Below are positions 1 to 12,428 of a stretch of DNA of 64,000 nucleotides, one piece after another; the stretch's first letter is position 1; every line of letters starts with the position of its first letter. The notes under the pieces were generated by a model. It made no database searches. It was given only the letters and a program-made list of their open reading frames with translations, and had not been told where the DNA came from. Where the stretch lies: assembly GCA_004431415.1 (NCBI GenBank), contig QPMI01000516.1:124001-188000 (forward strand), written 5' to 3'. The position numbers and the translations under genes were made by a program. The stretch is from Cyanophora paradoxa CCMP329. Taxonomy: Eukaryota; Plantae; Glaucophyta.

Positions 1-1583
1 AGATGCGATTCACTGGCGCAGAATAAACCACCGCCATGACGTTACTCGAGCCTGTAGAGAGCACGCACACGTTACATTGCAGCCGGATATCGACCACAGC
101 AAGCCTTTTATTTTCGGGTACTCAATCTACACAGAACGCGCACTGATCCAGTCCGACGACGTCCAGGTGCTGCCGCTGAGCGACAGGCGGCGAATCCGGT
201 CGTTGCCCTGCCAGGCGCTGGCGTGAGCTTGAGCGGAGACGGACAGAATTCATTCTTTTGCCCCCGATCGCGAGTCCCCTGCGACCCTATATCTATGCAC
301 CGTGTCCGCGACGAACAGTCGGGATGCGGAACTCGCAGTGACGCCGCTCAATGTGCTGTGCGAGACAGTGTTAATGGCCTATGGTCGAATTCCGGATAGT
401 TTGCTGCAATATGAAGTACAATATGCAGCGCGCACTCGTACATAGCACTCGTCCCGGCGCCGTTGTCGCTGCCTGAAGCCGATATTAATAATGGGCTCAG
501 ACAGAATGCGGTGATGTTTGATTTTGATTTAATTTTGATTTTGCCAGTTGGGCTCTCGTCTTCAGAGGCCTCTTAAATTACGACGTCGCAGACACGCAGA
601 ATCGTGCACCGGTGCTAGAAGGGGAGAGTCGCCCGGAGATGAGTGCCGAGGTGCAGGTGCCGTCGACGCGAAACACGCCGGACACCGTGACGACGTACAG
701 GTTCGAGTCGAAAGTGCTGTAGTGAGCGGCTGCGGAAGGGCACGGTTTCGATTTTAGTTTAAGACATATGTACATTGTTTACAGGCCTTTTTTCGATGGC
801 GAACCTCGGATCGTGCTAAAGACTGCATTCGAGCCCGTTCCTGATCGATATCATGGGCGGAGCGGCGCGTCGACGTCAGAGTTTTAGAGAATCGGCGAAT
901 AATTAATTAAAATAGATCAGGGGCAAATAGTGCCAGCGTTGTGGCGTTAATGACGCGCACCTGCGACCGAAGTTGCGGTGGAGGAGGCAGATCTTCCGAC
1001 ACAGAACGCAGAGGCCCCAGGAGACAGGCCGCTCAGCGCACTCGGAACGCCGGCCGGCGTCGGCGAAATTTGCAGGATAGCTCGTCGAATTTGAACGCTA
1101 GCGCCAGAGTCTGCTCGACCATCATGTGAATGACTCGTGATTGGTGAATTCTTATCATACAGTCAAAGTTTTCTACGAAATACGCATACACGCGCGCGCG
1201 CACCCCTGATCTCGGAGGATTTAACGCTCTCAGCGACCGAAATCGAATTATCCAGGGAATTGTCGAGCACAGTTGCGCCAGCGCCGTTCCATAATATTAA
1301 TGCTAGGGACGCCGCGAAGATGGCGAGAAACAGTGCTGCGAGCGCGGCGCCTCTGCTTGAACCTACGAAGGAGCATTTAGATGAGGCCAAATCATTTGAA
1401 TTAAAATTAATTATAAAGTAATATTCTGCCAAATCGTGCGCATGCGCACATGCGTATGCTCGCGTTACCCACGCGCCTGCCGCGATTGCGCTTATCCGCG
1501 GCCTGACCCGTGCACTTGTCGACGGCTTCGCTGCTGCAGCTGGTGCCGCCGACGCCTCCGCTGTCGTTGCTGCTGCAGCTGGT

Positions 1584-1621
<38 letters not shown>

Positions 1622-1663
1622 GCATCGATATGTGTGCTCTCTGCGCTCGCCCGCCGTATGCAT
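1..1663 (-). CDS. NHL-repeat (beta-propeller) membrane/secreted protein, multi-exon, runs off the left edge
   Basis: Spliced minus-strand exons give ...GTGSNAVFSTIR...SNLYVVTVSGVFRVDG...DNGAGTSAMY-DTLSGVTASSASRLFVADT|GNDRIRRLSLSG. LFVADTGNDRIRR is a typical NHL motif. Hydrophobic segment ALAALFLAIFAASLALILW near the N-terminus. Start uncertain (ATG at 1663 or 1625). Confidence 0.75.
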
Positions 1664-2235
1664 CCTATTCCGACGCGCTCCAGATGTATTTCGAGAGGAA
1701 CATCAACTCCGAGCAGAAAGCCTGGCCACCACGATCGATATGATGATCATCCAGATCTAGGTGTTCAGAGCTCGTAATCCGAAATACGCGCGCGCTGTAA
1801 TCCAGCTGGAGACTACACAGGCGCCGCGACACCTGGTAAGCTTAAGGCGCCTGCTGTGCCGTAAACGAGTCTATAATACAACACGTCCGCGTGCATCGGC
1901 GGCTGAGCGGCTGCTGATCATGAGCGCATGCGCACTTATTTGCATGTTTTCCTGCGGTTTTTACGCATACTAGTACTACGGCAGCTGCTACCGATCGCGA
2001 GTCAGATTCGCGACTCGCGAGTCGCGAGACTCGCGACTACTAGTAGTAAAAGTAGTAGCCGGCCGCCGGCGCCGGCCCGGCGGTTCGGCTGCGCCGGAGT
2101 ACTAGTCGCGCGCGCCGGTTGCTGCGGCCGCGGCCGCCGGGCCGGCGCAGGCGCCGGTCCGGAATCCCGCCGCCGGAGCTGCAGCTGGCTAGCGCTGCGC
2201 GTTCGCGCAGCGTTAACGTTGCGCGCGCGCCGCGG

Positions 2236-2349
2236 CGCCGCGGCGTGTGCCCGGCGCCAGCGCGCGCTCCCTGCGCACCGCGGCGTGTGCCGGGCGCGCG
2301 CCGAGGCGTGCCCGCCCACCCCTCCGCGGACTCGCGCACGTACCCCCCC
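2236..2349 (+). promoter_or_regulatory. Upstream element shared with the myosin gene (copy 1)
   Basis: Blocks 2236-2257 (22 nt) and 2306-2335 (30 nt) are identical to 12170-12191 and 12211-12240. Regulatory role is inferred only from position. Confidence 0.55.
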
Positions 2350-2681
2350 GACACGCGCCGAGCCCGCGCCGGAAAGGAAGATGAGAGGCCCGCGGCGCGC
2401 CTCGATCAAGGATCAGCGATCGGCGTACGCCTGCGCGTGCTTCGTGCGCGCCTCCTGTAGAAGCACATGCAGCGCGAAGTCCGCAACCTCGGCCAGCGCA
2501 CGCCGCTTGCAACCTCGGCGCTGTAAGCGTATCGGAGGATTCGGAGCGAGGTTCTCAGAGCGCCGAAGCCGGCGCTCTGCTCGCTCGGACCGCGGCTTGG
2601 TAGCGCGAACCATCTGCAGCTTGCGCAGTCGTAGGAATCGCTTCTGGCAACTGCAGCCCCGATCGCAAGCCGCGCACGTCC

Positions 2682-5600
2682 ATGCCGGCGGGAACGCACA
2701 CGCGGCGGCTGTCGGCGGGCGTCGCCTTCCTCGGCCTGTCGCTGGCGATCTTGCTCGCCGTCCACGGGGCCGAGGGCGGCGGCACGTCCGGCGATAGCGC
2801 TGCAGCCTCTGCTCGAGTGTACATCGTGGTGCGCGTCGCCCTGGGACTGCCCGCTGTCGAGCTTCTGACCGCGCCTGACCGATACCTGTGCCTTCGATTC
2901 GCGCAGCGCTTCAAAGAGCAGGCCGCAGGTATGTATGCGATCCGTACGCGCTTTCGAAGCCGCAGCTGCAGGCAGTCATTTCCCTCGCGCGCAGCGGAGG
3001 CCGTGGGCTCGTCCAGCCTCCGCTCGGCGCAAGTGCGAGCCGCGTCCGGAGAGCTCGCCGGGCGTCTTCGGAGCGCAGTCGGCCGCATGCACTCCGAGCG
3101 GCTCGCGGCGTTCCAGGAGCAGCTGCCGACGCTGGCGGCGGAGGCCAGCGCGGCGGGCCGCGGGCCACCGAGCGCGCCGCCCGCACCCGTCTTCGCCATC
3201 CGACGCGAGCTGCAGTCGATCTTTCCCGGAATCATCGCCAAGTGCGCGCGCCTACTCGCTTACTCAATCTCGCTGCTCCGGTCCTGCGCCGGCGCCGCCG
3301 CGCGCGCGGGTCGCTGATCGCGAGGGACCGAACGAACGCCCCGCAGCATGTCGAACGACGCGGCTATCCTCGCCCGCGGCATGTCCGAAGTCGCCGACGT
3401 GCGCCCCCCCACCTTTCCCGGCCCCCTCGACTTTCCTCCTCTTCGAAATTTGAATTCGAAAATTCGAATTCGGAAGGTCGAGGAGGACGGAATCGTCGAG
3501 GCGACCGCCACGCAGTCCGGGAGTGGTACGCCAAATTCAAAAACGGCGCCGCCGACCCCGGCGCTCACACGCGTACCCCCCCGCCAGGCTGGAACCTGGA
3601 TCGAATCGACCAGCGGCTGCTCCCCTTGAACAGCGCCTACACGTACGGCCCGACGGGCGCGTTCGAATCCCGCCCGCCCCTCTTTCGGCGCAGGCGCTGA
3701 TGAGTCCTTCCTTCGCTCCTGAGCAGGCGCCGGCGTCTCAGTGTCAGTGCTGTCTTGATTATTTCAAATTTGATCCGCCGGCGCTGAGCCTCTGCTCCGA
3801 GTTTAATTTGATCGAATTCGATCCGCGGCTGTAGGTATGTGCTGGACACGGGCATCCTGACGGCCCACACCGAGTTCGAGGGCCGCGCCGTCCCCTCTTT
3901 CGACGCCTTCGGCGGTGCGACGGCTACGCCGCGCCGGCGCCGCGCCGCTCCGGCCGCTCTTTCTGAACTTCTCGGGGGGTACAGGCGACGCGCAGGACTG
4001 CCACGGGCACGGGACGCACGTGGCGGGCACCGTCGGCGGGCGGACCTTCGGCGTCGCAAAGGGCGTGACCCGTGCGCCCCCCTTCTTCTTCTCTTCTTCT
4101 CCTCCTCCTAACCCTTCGCCCTGCAGTGCACGGCGTCCGAGTGCTCGACTGCGCGGGGAGCGGCTCGTGGTCCCGTGTGATCGCCGGGCTCGACCACGTC
4201 AAGGCCACCCGGTGCGCCTAACTGGTTACAAGGCCGCCGCCACCTAACGCACAGCTGCAAAGAGAGTGGAACCGCTTTTTCATTTTTCTTAGTATCATAA
4301 GCGTGGGAACGCTCGTTCGCTAGAAATGAGGACAATTCTGATCGTGACCGCGCCTCGCCCGGCTCGTTCGCAGGACCGGGCCCGCCGTGGCCTCGCTCTC
4401 CCTCGGCGGGGGCGTCTCCTCGTCCCTCAACGCCGCCGTCGAGAGGTGCGGTACCCCCCCCTCCCCGCGGCTCGAGGAGGTCAATTCGATCGATGTACCC
4501 CCGACACGGACCCGCAGCCTCGTCGCGGATGGGGTCGTCGTCGTCGGTACTGTACCCCCGTCCTCCCTCGTACCCCCCCTCCGCCCCTCACTCGTTTCCC
4601 GCGCGCAGTCTCAGCCGGCAACAACAACGCGGACGCCTGCCTTCAGTCCCCCGCCTCCGCACCAGGGTTCCCGCCAGCCACGCGTTCAGCAGAGTACCCC
4701 CCCGCTGCTGCTCACTCCCCCCCTCCTACCCCCCGGCAGGGCGATCACCGTCGGCGCCACGACGAGCACGGACGCCCGCGCCTCCTACTCCAACTGGGGC
4801 TCCGTAAGCTATTTACAACACTGCCACTTAGCGCCCAAGCCCCTCTAACTAACGTGTGACTCCGTCTGCAGTGCGTGGACATCTTTGCGCCCGGGTCGAG
4901 CGTTGCCTCGGCTGGCATCGCCTCCATCACCGCCCAGGTCCGCTCGCTCGCTCGCTCGCTCGCATTCCCCGTGGGCCTGGCCGGAAGCTAAGCCAGAAGC
5001 TAGAAATTTCCACACGGCACAGGGGTCTCCCCTTCCTCTGGGCAGGGGGGGGAAGGGGAGGGGGGTACACGCGCCTCGCGGAGGAAGCCGGCCCGGCTCG
5101 CGCGTTTGATCCAGGGGCAGAGATACCCCCCTCACACCCCCCTCCCTCCCGCCCCTCCCCCTCCTCCCCCAACCCCCCTCCCCTGCCCCTCCCCTGATGC
5201 CTCCACTCACGCCTTCGTCGCAGGCGACGATGAGCGGGACGTCGATGGCGGCGCCGCATGTCTCCGGCGCCGTCGCCCTCTTCCTTGAGGTACCCCCCGT
5301 CCTCCTCCTCCTTTTCCTCCTCCTCCTCCTCCTCACTCCTCCTCCAGGGGTCGCCGACGGCCTCGCCGGGGGACGCGGCGGCGGCCCTCGCCCGCTCCGC
5401 CACGCCAAACCTCGTCTCCGGCGCCGGCTCCGTGCGCCCACCCGCCCGCCCCTTCCTTCGCTCTTCTTCTGCTTCTGCTTTCTTCTCCTTTTTCTGCGCT
5501 TCCACTTCTTGAGCCCCCGCCTCTTTGCTCTCTAGCGCACTTTAGGCCTTCGAGATTTCCCGCCGCGAGGCTTTCTTCTGTCCTTCTTTCCTTCCGTCTC

Positions 5601-7858
5601 GGCTCCCGCGTTCCTTCTTCCTCTCCTTTCCTTTCCTGTCCTTTCTTTTCTCCCTTCTTTCGCCGCCTGCGCTGACCGAGTCATTCGCGGCGCGCAGCGC
5701 TCGCCGAACCTGCTCCTCTACGTGGATCCGCGTACCCCCCTGCGTGAGTCGCGTACCCGATCCGGTCCGATCCGATTCGTCTGACGCGCCCGGCCCGGCT
5801 CGCACGCAGAGGGCGATGCCTTCTCGCCGCCCCCGACCCAGGGCACGCCCGTCGCCACGCCGCCCCCGCCCACCCCGTCCCCTTCCCCCAAGCCGGCCCT
5901 TCCGACCCCGGCGCCCGGCACGACTGTCCCGGCCCCGGCGCCGGCCCCGCCGACCCCGACGCCCACCGCCCTCCCCGCCACCGGTGAGAAGAAGCCTTTC
6001 CCTCCCCGCCACTCGCCTCTCGCCTCTCTCCGAGAGAGCCTCCGCTGACCACCGGTCCTCCGCAGGCTCCTTCTCGTGCCCCGCGGCGGCCCGGCTCGCC
6101 GCCTGCTCGACCGTACAGGGCGACACCCGAGCGGCCGCCTCGCTCCTACCCCCCGCCTTCAGGTCCGAAAGAGAAGAGGAAAGAGTATAAAAGGGAAGAC
6201 CGGCGCTGACTCTCCCCCGCTCGCTCGCTCGCCCCGCGAAGCACGCACGCGAGCGGCGAGTCGTACTACTCCCTCCGCGTGGAGCGCAGCGGGTGCCCCC
6301 GCCCCGCCCGCCCCGCCTCCCCCAGGCTCAAACTCGAGCCCGCGCTCCCCCAAGGACGTACACGATCTCTCTGTGCACGGGGACCGCCTTCGACACGCTC
6401 CTCTACATCTTCGATTCCTGCCCGCTCGCCGGCGCCACCGCCACGGCCGCCCGACTCGTCCGCTTCGACGGTGCTCGGCCCTCGGCGTCGCCGCCGGCAT
6501 CGCCCTCGGCGTCGCCGTCCGGCTGACGGCGAGCGGTCCGTTCGGCGCATACGCAGACAACGGGTGCCCGCGCGGCGCGAAGCAGTCCCGCATGTCGGTC
6601 GCCCTCGCCGCCGGCGCCACCTACACGGTGCGCCCTCATTATTAGAGCAACATCTCTATTATCATCTTAAGCAATATCTCTATAATCATCTTAAGCAATA
6701 TCTCTATTATCATCTTAAGCACTATCTCTATTATCATCTTAAGCAATATCTCTATTATCATCTTAAGCAATATCTCTATTATCATCTTAAGCAAGCTTGG
6801 TCTCTTGGTCTTAAGCACAGTGCGCTATTCTTTTGATGAGCAATAGATCGAGTACTACTAGTACTCTAAAGAGCAAGCTTGGTCTGAGCGACTTGACCTC
6901 GACGCACCGACCGACCGCCCGCCCGCCCCCCCCCCCCCTTCCCCCCCCCCTCTTCCCTGGACCTCTCCTGCAGCCCCTCCTGACGCCTGTACTTGCTCGC
7001 TTCTGCTCACTTGTACTTGTAGGTCGTCGTGGAGGGCCGGAACCGCGCCTCGGGACCCTTCTCCCTCACAGTCGTCGCCGACGTGCAGGCCAACTGCCCC
7101 ACCGGTGCCCAGGAGCCACCCGGCTTTCGGCTTTCGGCCGGCCAACGCCCCTTCTTCTGAGCCGCGCCGCAGGCGTCGCCGCGAACGAGCACCTGGCGCT
7201 CATGAACCTAGCCAGCGGGGACGAGGAGGTGGGGGAGAAGGACCTCTCCGCTGCCTCCGCGTCGGCCGCCGGCGCCGCGCCCGCGCCCGCGGCAGGGAGG
7301 AGCGATTCCGGCGGCGCGGCCGCGACGTGGGTCGCGGCCGGCGCCGGCGTCGGGGGCACGCTCTTCGTCGTGGGCCTCGTCGCTGCGGTTGTGGCGGCCG
7401 CCGTAGTCGCGCGGCGGCGGAGGCGGCGGCGCCGCACGTCGGCCGCGCTCGTCGCGGGTCCCGCGCCCGCCGCCGCGCTCCCGCCGCCCACCCGGGCCAC
7501 AGCGCAGCCGCGCCGCCCTGCTCCTCATCGGCGGCCCGCCGGCGGACGGCATCGCCGGCGGGGCCCTGCAGCTGTCGCTGGCGCCGCCCTCGCCCAGCCA
7601 GAAGCGCTGCGACTCGCCGGAGAGCCCCCGGGCCGCCTCCTCCCCCGGCTCGGGGGGGGAGGAGGAGGGGTGCCCTGGGCCCAAGCGGCCCCGTACGCGG
7701 CGGGGGCGCACCCCGCGCCCCGGCCGCGCCGTCAGCGTCGCAGGGCCCGGGTCGCCTACAGCTGGCGCCGCCGCTGTCTCCGGCCGCCGCCTGTTCACGG
7801 GATTGGGCCCTCAGGAGGCCTAGGGGGCCCTTGGGCCCTATGTTTCCCTCAAGTATAG
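2682..7858 (+). CDS. Subtilisin (S8, proteinase K/aqualysin-like) with signal peptide, I9 prodomain, Pro-rich linker, PPC-like domain and C-terminal TM helix
   Basis: Spliced motifs: YIVRFK (I9), [17 protein letters not shown] (Asp), [11 protein letters not shown] (His), [23 protein letters not shown] (Ser), SPNLLLYV. Then [22 protein letters not shown]...DDNGC...[15 protein letters not shown]|VVVEG (PPC-like) and [29 protein letters not shown]. Roughly 20 introns. C-terminal frame uncertain (stop at 7823 or 7858). Confidence 0.93.
6638..6795. repeat. Intronic 24-bp AT-rich minisatellite (TATTATCATCTTAAGCAATATCTC, ~6 copies)
   Basis: Tandem array inside the subtilisin intron that starts at 6628. 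Confidence 0.95.
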
Positions 7859-9417
7859 TATCATATGACACCTTGACCAACGTTTAACATGTTCTCTTCT
7901 TTCAACCTAGATTGAAGGCACTGCGCTTTATGATGAAGCCTGGCCTCGCGCTTTTTGATTCCAGCGCTTTTTGATAATAGAAAACGAATTCATTCGATTT
8001 AATTCTGTCTTTTGCAGTCAGCTGCAGACATCTATAACTAACGATGCGTCCCTAGCGAGCGTACTTTTTCAGCTAGCGTGTTTATACCGCTGCCGCGCGG
8101 CGCCGGCGCGGCGTACGCCGCGCCTACGGTGCGCGGTCCTGCAGCTGCGCGGGGCTAAGCGCATGCGCTGCCATGATGCGCATGCGCAGCAGCCGGCGCG
8201 CCAGCGGAAGCCGGACCCATGGCCACGCCGGCTGATCATGAGCGCTGGTGCCGCAGGGCGCCAGCGCTGGCGTCGCGCGCGGCAGCGCTGCACTGCCGCA
8301 TGGCAGTCTCCCCGGCATACATGCGCACCGAAACGGCGCCGGCCCGCCGGCGCCGCAGCGCGCCCCGCGCGGACGCCGCCGGGCTCGGGAGCTCCGGCCG
8401 CCAAGGCAGCTAGCTGCCAGGCTGGGGCCCAGGGCCCGGGGGGGCCGAGCTCGAGTGGGGGCCTGGGGCCCTGGGGGTACCGCGCCAAGTTGACGGCAAC
8501 CGATCAAACCTCCGCAGCAATCGTTGACCAAAACAAAAAGCAAAAACAATATGTTTTTCATATCGCTTTGTCCCTTCAGACCTCGAAGCGGCATCCGCCA
8601 ATCAGCTCGCTTGCGCGCGCGTGCCGGCGCGCGCCGCAAACTATTATTTTTTCTTTTTTTGGTTGGATATTATCGGATATTATCGAACAGTTTCGGCTAA
8701 GCATTATACAGAAGTTCAGTTACTTCTGCAACTGAAAGGATTAATCCCGACATCACGTCGATTGCATCCATCAGCGGTTACGCAATCGATATCGCATGCG
8801 GATTGTGCCGAATTTGTGCGATCGCGAGCTTCCGAAGTTCGCAGCTCAATTGATGAAGCTTGCGATTTGCGCGCGCGCGCGGGCCGGCCGGCCGGGCGGT
8901 GCGCGCGCGCGGCCTTCGATAGCAAGCCGGCGCTGGCCCGGCGGCGCCCGGGCCGGGCCGGCCCGGCGCCGGCGCGCGCGCGGGATCGAAGATTCCGAAT
9001 TAAGATTCGCCTCCCGGATCGGAGATCATCGGACTCAAGTCACTCAACGCCGAGTCGGAGTCGCTTCAGCCTTCATGATCAGGCTTGCTTAAGCGCTGCA
9101 AGTTGCTTCCCTATCAGCTACCAACGCGTACTAGTATATATACACTGTGACTGTGTGACAGGCCAAGGCTCAGCGGCCCAGCCAGCGCCGCTGACATCAG
9201 CTGCAAAACGGGCCAAACGTCAACGTATTGCTTCCCCATCACTGAGAGTCAGTTGCAAGCTCCCAGCAGCTGCAGGCGCCGCAATAGATCAGCTGCAAAC
9301 GAGCCTCTCCGGCATCGATATATATCGCGCGCGCGGCGGTCCGTCGGACCAGCGCCCTTGAAACAGACACGTGCACAGCGGCCGACGCCGACGGCAGCAA
9401 CGTTAACAGTGCAGAGG

Positions 9418-10298
9418 ATGGAGAGCTCGAGCCGTAGCGTCGGCGCGCACGCGCATCGCCGCCGCGCTGCGAGCGCGCACTCCCTGGACCGACTGCTCGA
9501 CAACGTTAACGGATGCGCGGCCGGGCCGCAGGCGGACTGTCTCGTGTCGCAGCCGAGCCGCCTGAGCAGTCTCAACGTTGCAATTGACGCCGCCGGCTCC
9601 CCCTCGTCCCATAGCCATGACCAAGCGCCCCCCGTCGCGAGCACCGCCAACAACTGGCAAGGTCAGTTGCCGTGTTTTTCCCTGCAGCTGGTCCTGCCGT
9701 CCTGCCGTGCTTTTAATTTCCTGGGCTCGCGGCCGTGCGCTTCCCCTAATTAGAAAGCCTCGTTTGGATCTGCCCCCCCTAATAAGATCTACGCCCTCGC
9801 CGAGTCGTTCGGCCGGCGGCCGGCGGCCGTCAGCTCGAGCTCCCACTAAATCCGCCCTCTTGCCCGCGCGCAGTCGGGCAGTGCGACTCGCCGGCGTCGC
9901 CGCCGTCGACATCGGAGGAGCCGTCGGGCGCCCCCGGGGCAATTCGGTTGCGGGGAGCTCGGAAGGGCTCGCAGTCCGGATCCCCCGGCTCGGGCTCGAC
10001 CTCGAATCCCGAGTGGCGCGCCTTCAAATACGGCCGCGAGAAGGTGCGGAGGAGCGAGATGAACGAGCGGTTCCAGCAGCTCGCGGTGGCGCTGCACGTG
10101 ACCCTCGAGAAAGGCATAGTCCTCCAGCAGGCGATCTCGACGATCCAGAAGCTGCAGCAGCAGAACGAGTCTCTCGAGGACGACCTGAAGCAGATGAAGG
10201 CCCAGAACGCCGTGCTCCACAGCCTGCTCCGCAGCATGACAGGGCTGCCGACCTGCGGCTCGGCCCTTCCTTGCAGTTATAATTATGGCCTGCTGTGA
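9418..10298 (+). CDS. bHLH-leucine zipper transcription factor (2 exons, intron ~9662-9873)
   Basis: WRAFKYGREKVRRSEMNERFQQLAVAL...EKGIVLQQAISTIQKLQQQNESLEDDLKQMKAQNAVL: basic ExxRR, HLH and heptad leucines. A phase-1 GT-AG intron joins it in frame to the ATG at 9418. Confidence 0.88.
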
Positions 10299-12169
10299 TT
10301 TTGTGATGGTTTTTATTATTAGTCAGATTCTGCCCTTTTCCGTGATGGCATCGATGGTGCACAATCTTTTTCGATTTAGTACAGTACTAGCACAGATATC
10401 AGCTGCGGTGTTGCGGCCTGGCAGTGTTTTCACTGAGTCACCATAAATCACTGAGTCACCAGACTGTTCAGTAACCTCAGCGGCGCCGGCTAGCTATATA
10501 GATAAGATATATAGTTGTTTAAGTAGGTACCGTAGAAGAGTAACTGAAGCAGGTGAATTTCGAAATTAATCGAATTCGAGTGGGGCCCGGGGGTCACTGA
10601 ATCACTGCTCTGGTCGATTTGGCTGGATAAAATAATGGAAAGCGATTGGCGAGAAACTGAAGCGTTTAATACTAGCTAGTATGCATCTTGATGCTAGAAT
10701 AAGGCTCAGTTTCGTGCGGATGCGGTACGAAATTTTCCTAGATGTATGGCCATACAAAAGCGACGAGGAAAAGGCCAGTTTCGCGGCGAGCTAGCCGAGC
10801 TAGCAGCGCGCCCGGCCGGCGTCTTATTGCCCCAGCGTTCGAGTCCCGGGAAGGGCAGTTGGGGGGAGCGGGGGGGCCTGGGCGGGCCTTGAGCTGCCTT
10901 GCGCTGTCGAGGGCTGAAGAGGGGGCCGGGGCGCAGCGACCCCCGAGGCCAACTTCTGCACGGCGAGACATTGGCGCGAAACCAAAAATTTCCCTGCTCT
11001 AGATTGCTCTAAACTGCACTTCAGACGTGCTCAGTTTCGCGCCAATCGTTTGCTGTGCTCCGCTAGAATTTCGGTTGGACATGTATGGCGAATTCACTGG
11101 CTGAACTAGCTATATAGCGTTTGCCAAGTTGCACAGTGCAGTACTAGTGGCGAACTGCGACTCACTCAATGACTATAGCTAGCAGGGAGCCTACGCGTAC
11201 GGAAATTAATTAAACGAGGAGAGCTAAGCTGAGCTAAGCTAAGCAATATATCATAGTATATATACGTAGCAGGGCGCGTTAATGTGAACAAGGTGACTCG
11301 AGTGCACGTAGGTGATCATGACAGATCACCATGAATGAGGCTGCCGCGATTCCCATATGCATAAATTCGAAATATAAACGATGGAAAGCTCGCGCGCGCA
11401 GGCCAGTGCGATGCACGATGTATACGTAGCAGCGGGAAACACGGCGATCGAGCACGTACGATAGCGATCGCGATGGATACACGCACGATCACGATAGACC
11501 AGCTGCAGGCTGGAGGGTGATATCGATGGAAGAGGAGGGGGTGGGAGAGATGTAGATCTAGAGGGCCCGGGGGCGAAGGGGCCGGGAGGGGGGGGGAGGG
11601 GGGGGGGGGGAGGGGGAAGAAATTAAAGGGGAGAGGGGGGAATGCAGATCTAGCTATATATATAGCCTAGTAGAGGGGGGGTGGGGTTCACGGTTGAGGG
11701 CGGGAGATGACGAATTCGAATTCGAAGGGGTGTCCGCCGCATGCGCATGGGCGATCGCGAGCATGAGGCAGATCTAGCTAGAGGGCAGACTCCTGCGGAC
11801 GGATCCGGAAGAGTAAGCTTTTGATCATCGGATCTAAACGGGACTCGCCAGGCCGGGCTCGGGGAATCGCGATTGCTCGGCCGCGGGCGCACATCGGAGG
11901 GAAGCCTTGAAGCGAGCTCGAGGGCCTCCGGAGGCGAGGCCTACTAGCTAGGGGGACCAAGCGCTACCCCCGGTACCGGGTAGCTGCAGCTGATTTAACT
12001 CGCGTGCACGTGCACCCATAAAAGGCGACCGGACCGTCGGACATCATCGGGACATGTACATCGATATCGATCGATATCGATATCGATATCGAGCTAGATA
12101 CACTGCGGCGCCGGCAGGCTGGCGGCAGCGCCGCTCGGCGCCGGCGCGCGGCTGATCATGAGGGCCCGC

Positions 12170-12254
12170 CGCCGCGGCGTGTGCCCGGCGCACGCCTACA
12201 ATCCACCAGAGCGTGCCCGCCCACCCCTCCGCGGACTCGCACGCGTACCCCCCG
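12170..12254 (+). promoter_or_regulatory. Upstream element shared with the subtilisin gene (copy 2)
   Basis: Same blocks as 2236-2349. Ends about 175 nt before the myosin ATG at 12429. Confidence 0.55.
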
Positions 12255-12428
12255 TAACGCGAATGGGACTGGCCAGCGGCGCGCGCAGGATGCAGGGCCT
12301 CGCTCCGCTCTGCTGCGATCCCTCATCACCGTCGACGGAGCGCGACACCGATCGCCCTCCCCCGGATCCGCCTGCCGCGCTGTCTTCGATCAGCTGCAGC
12401 TGTGGCGGCAGGCCGAGGGCGTGTTCCT

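Noticed and set aside
6279-6836. LKQYLYYH repeat peptide or CRISPR-like array
   Set aside because: It is an intronic 24-bp tandem repeat with no spacers, and the flanking exons splice in frame around it.
10590-11140. Possible CACTG-ended transposon with an inverted CAGTTTCGCGCCAATCG-like motif
   Set aside because: Internal inverted motifs exist (~10640 and ~11030), but the termini match poorly and no target-site duplication was found.
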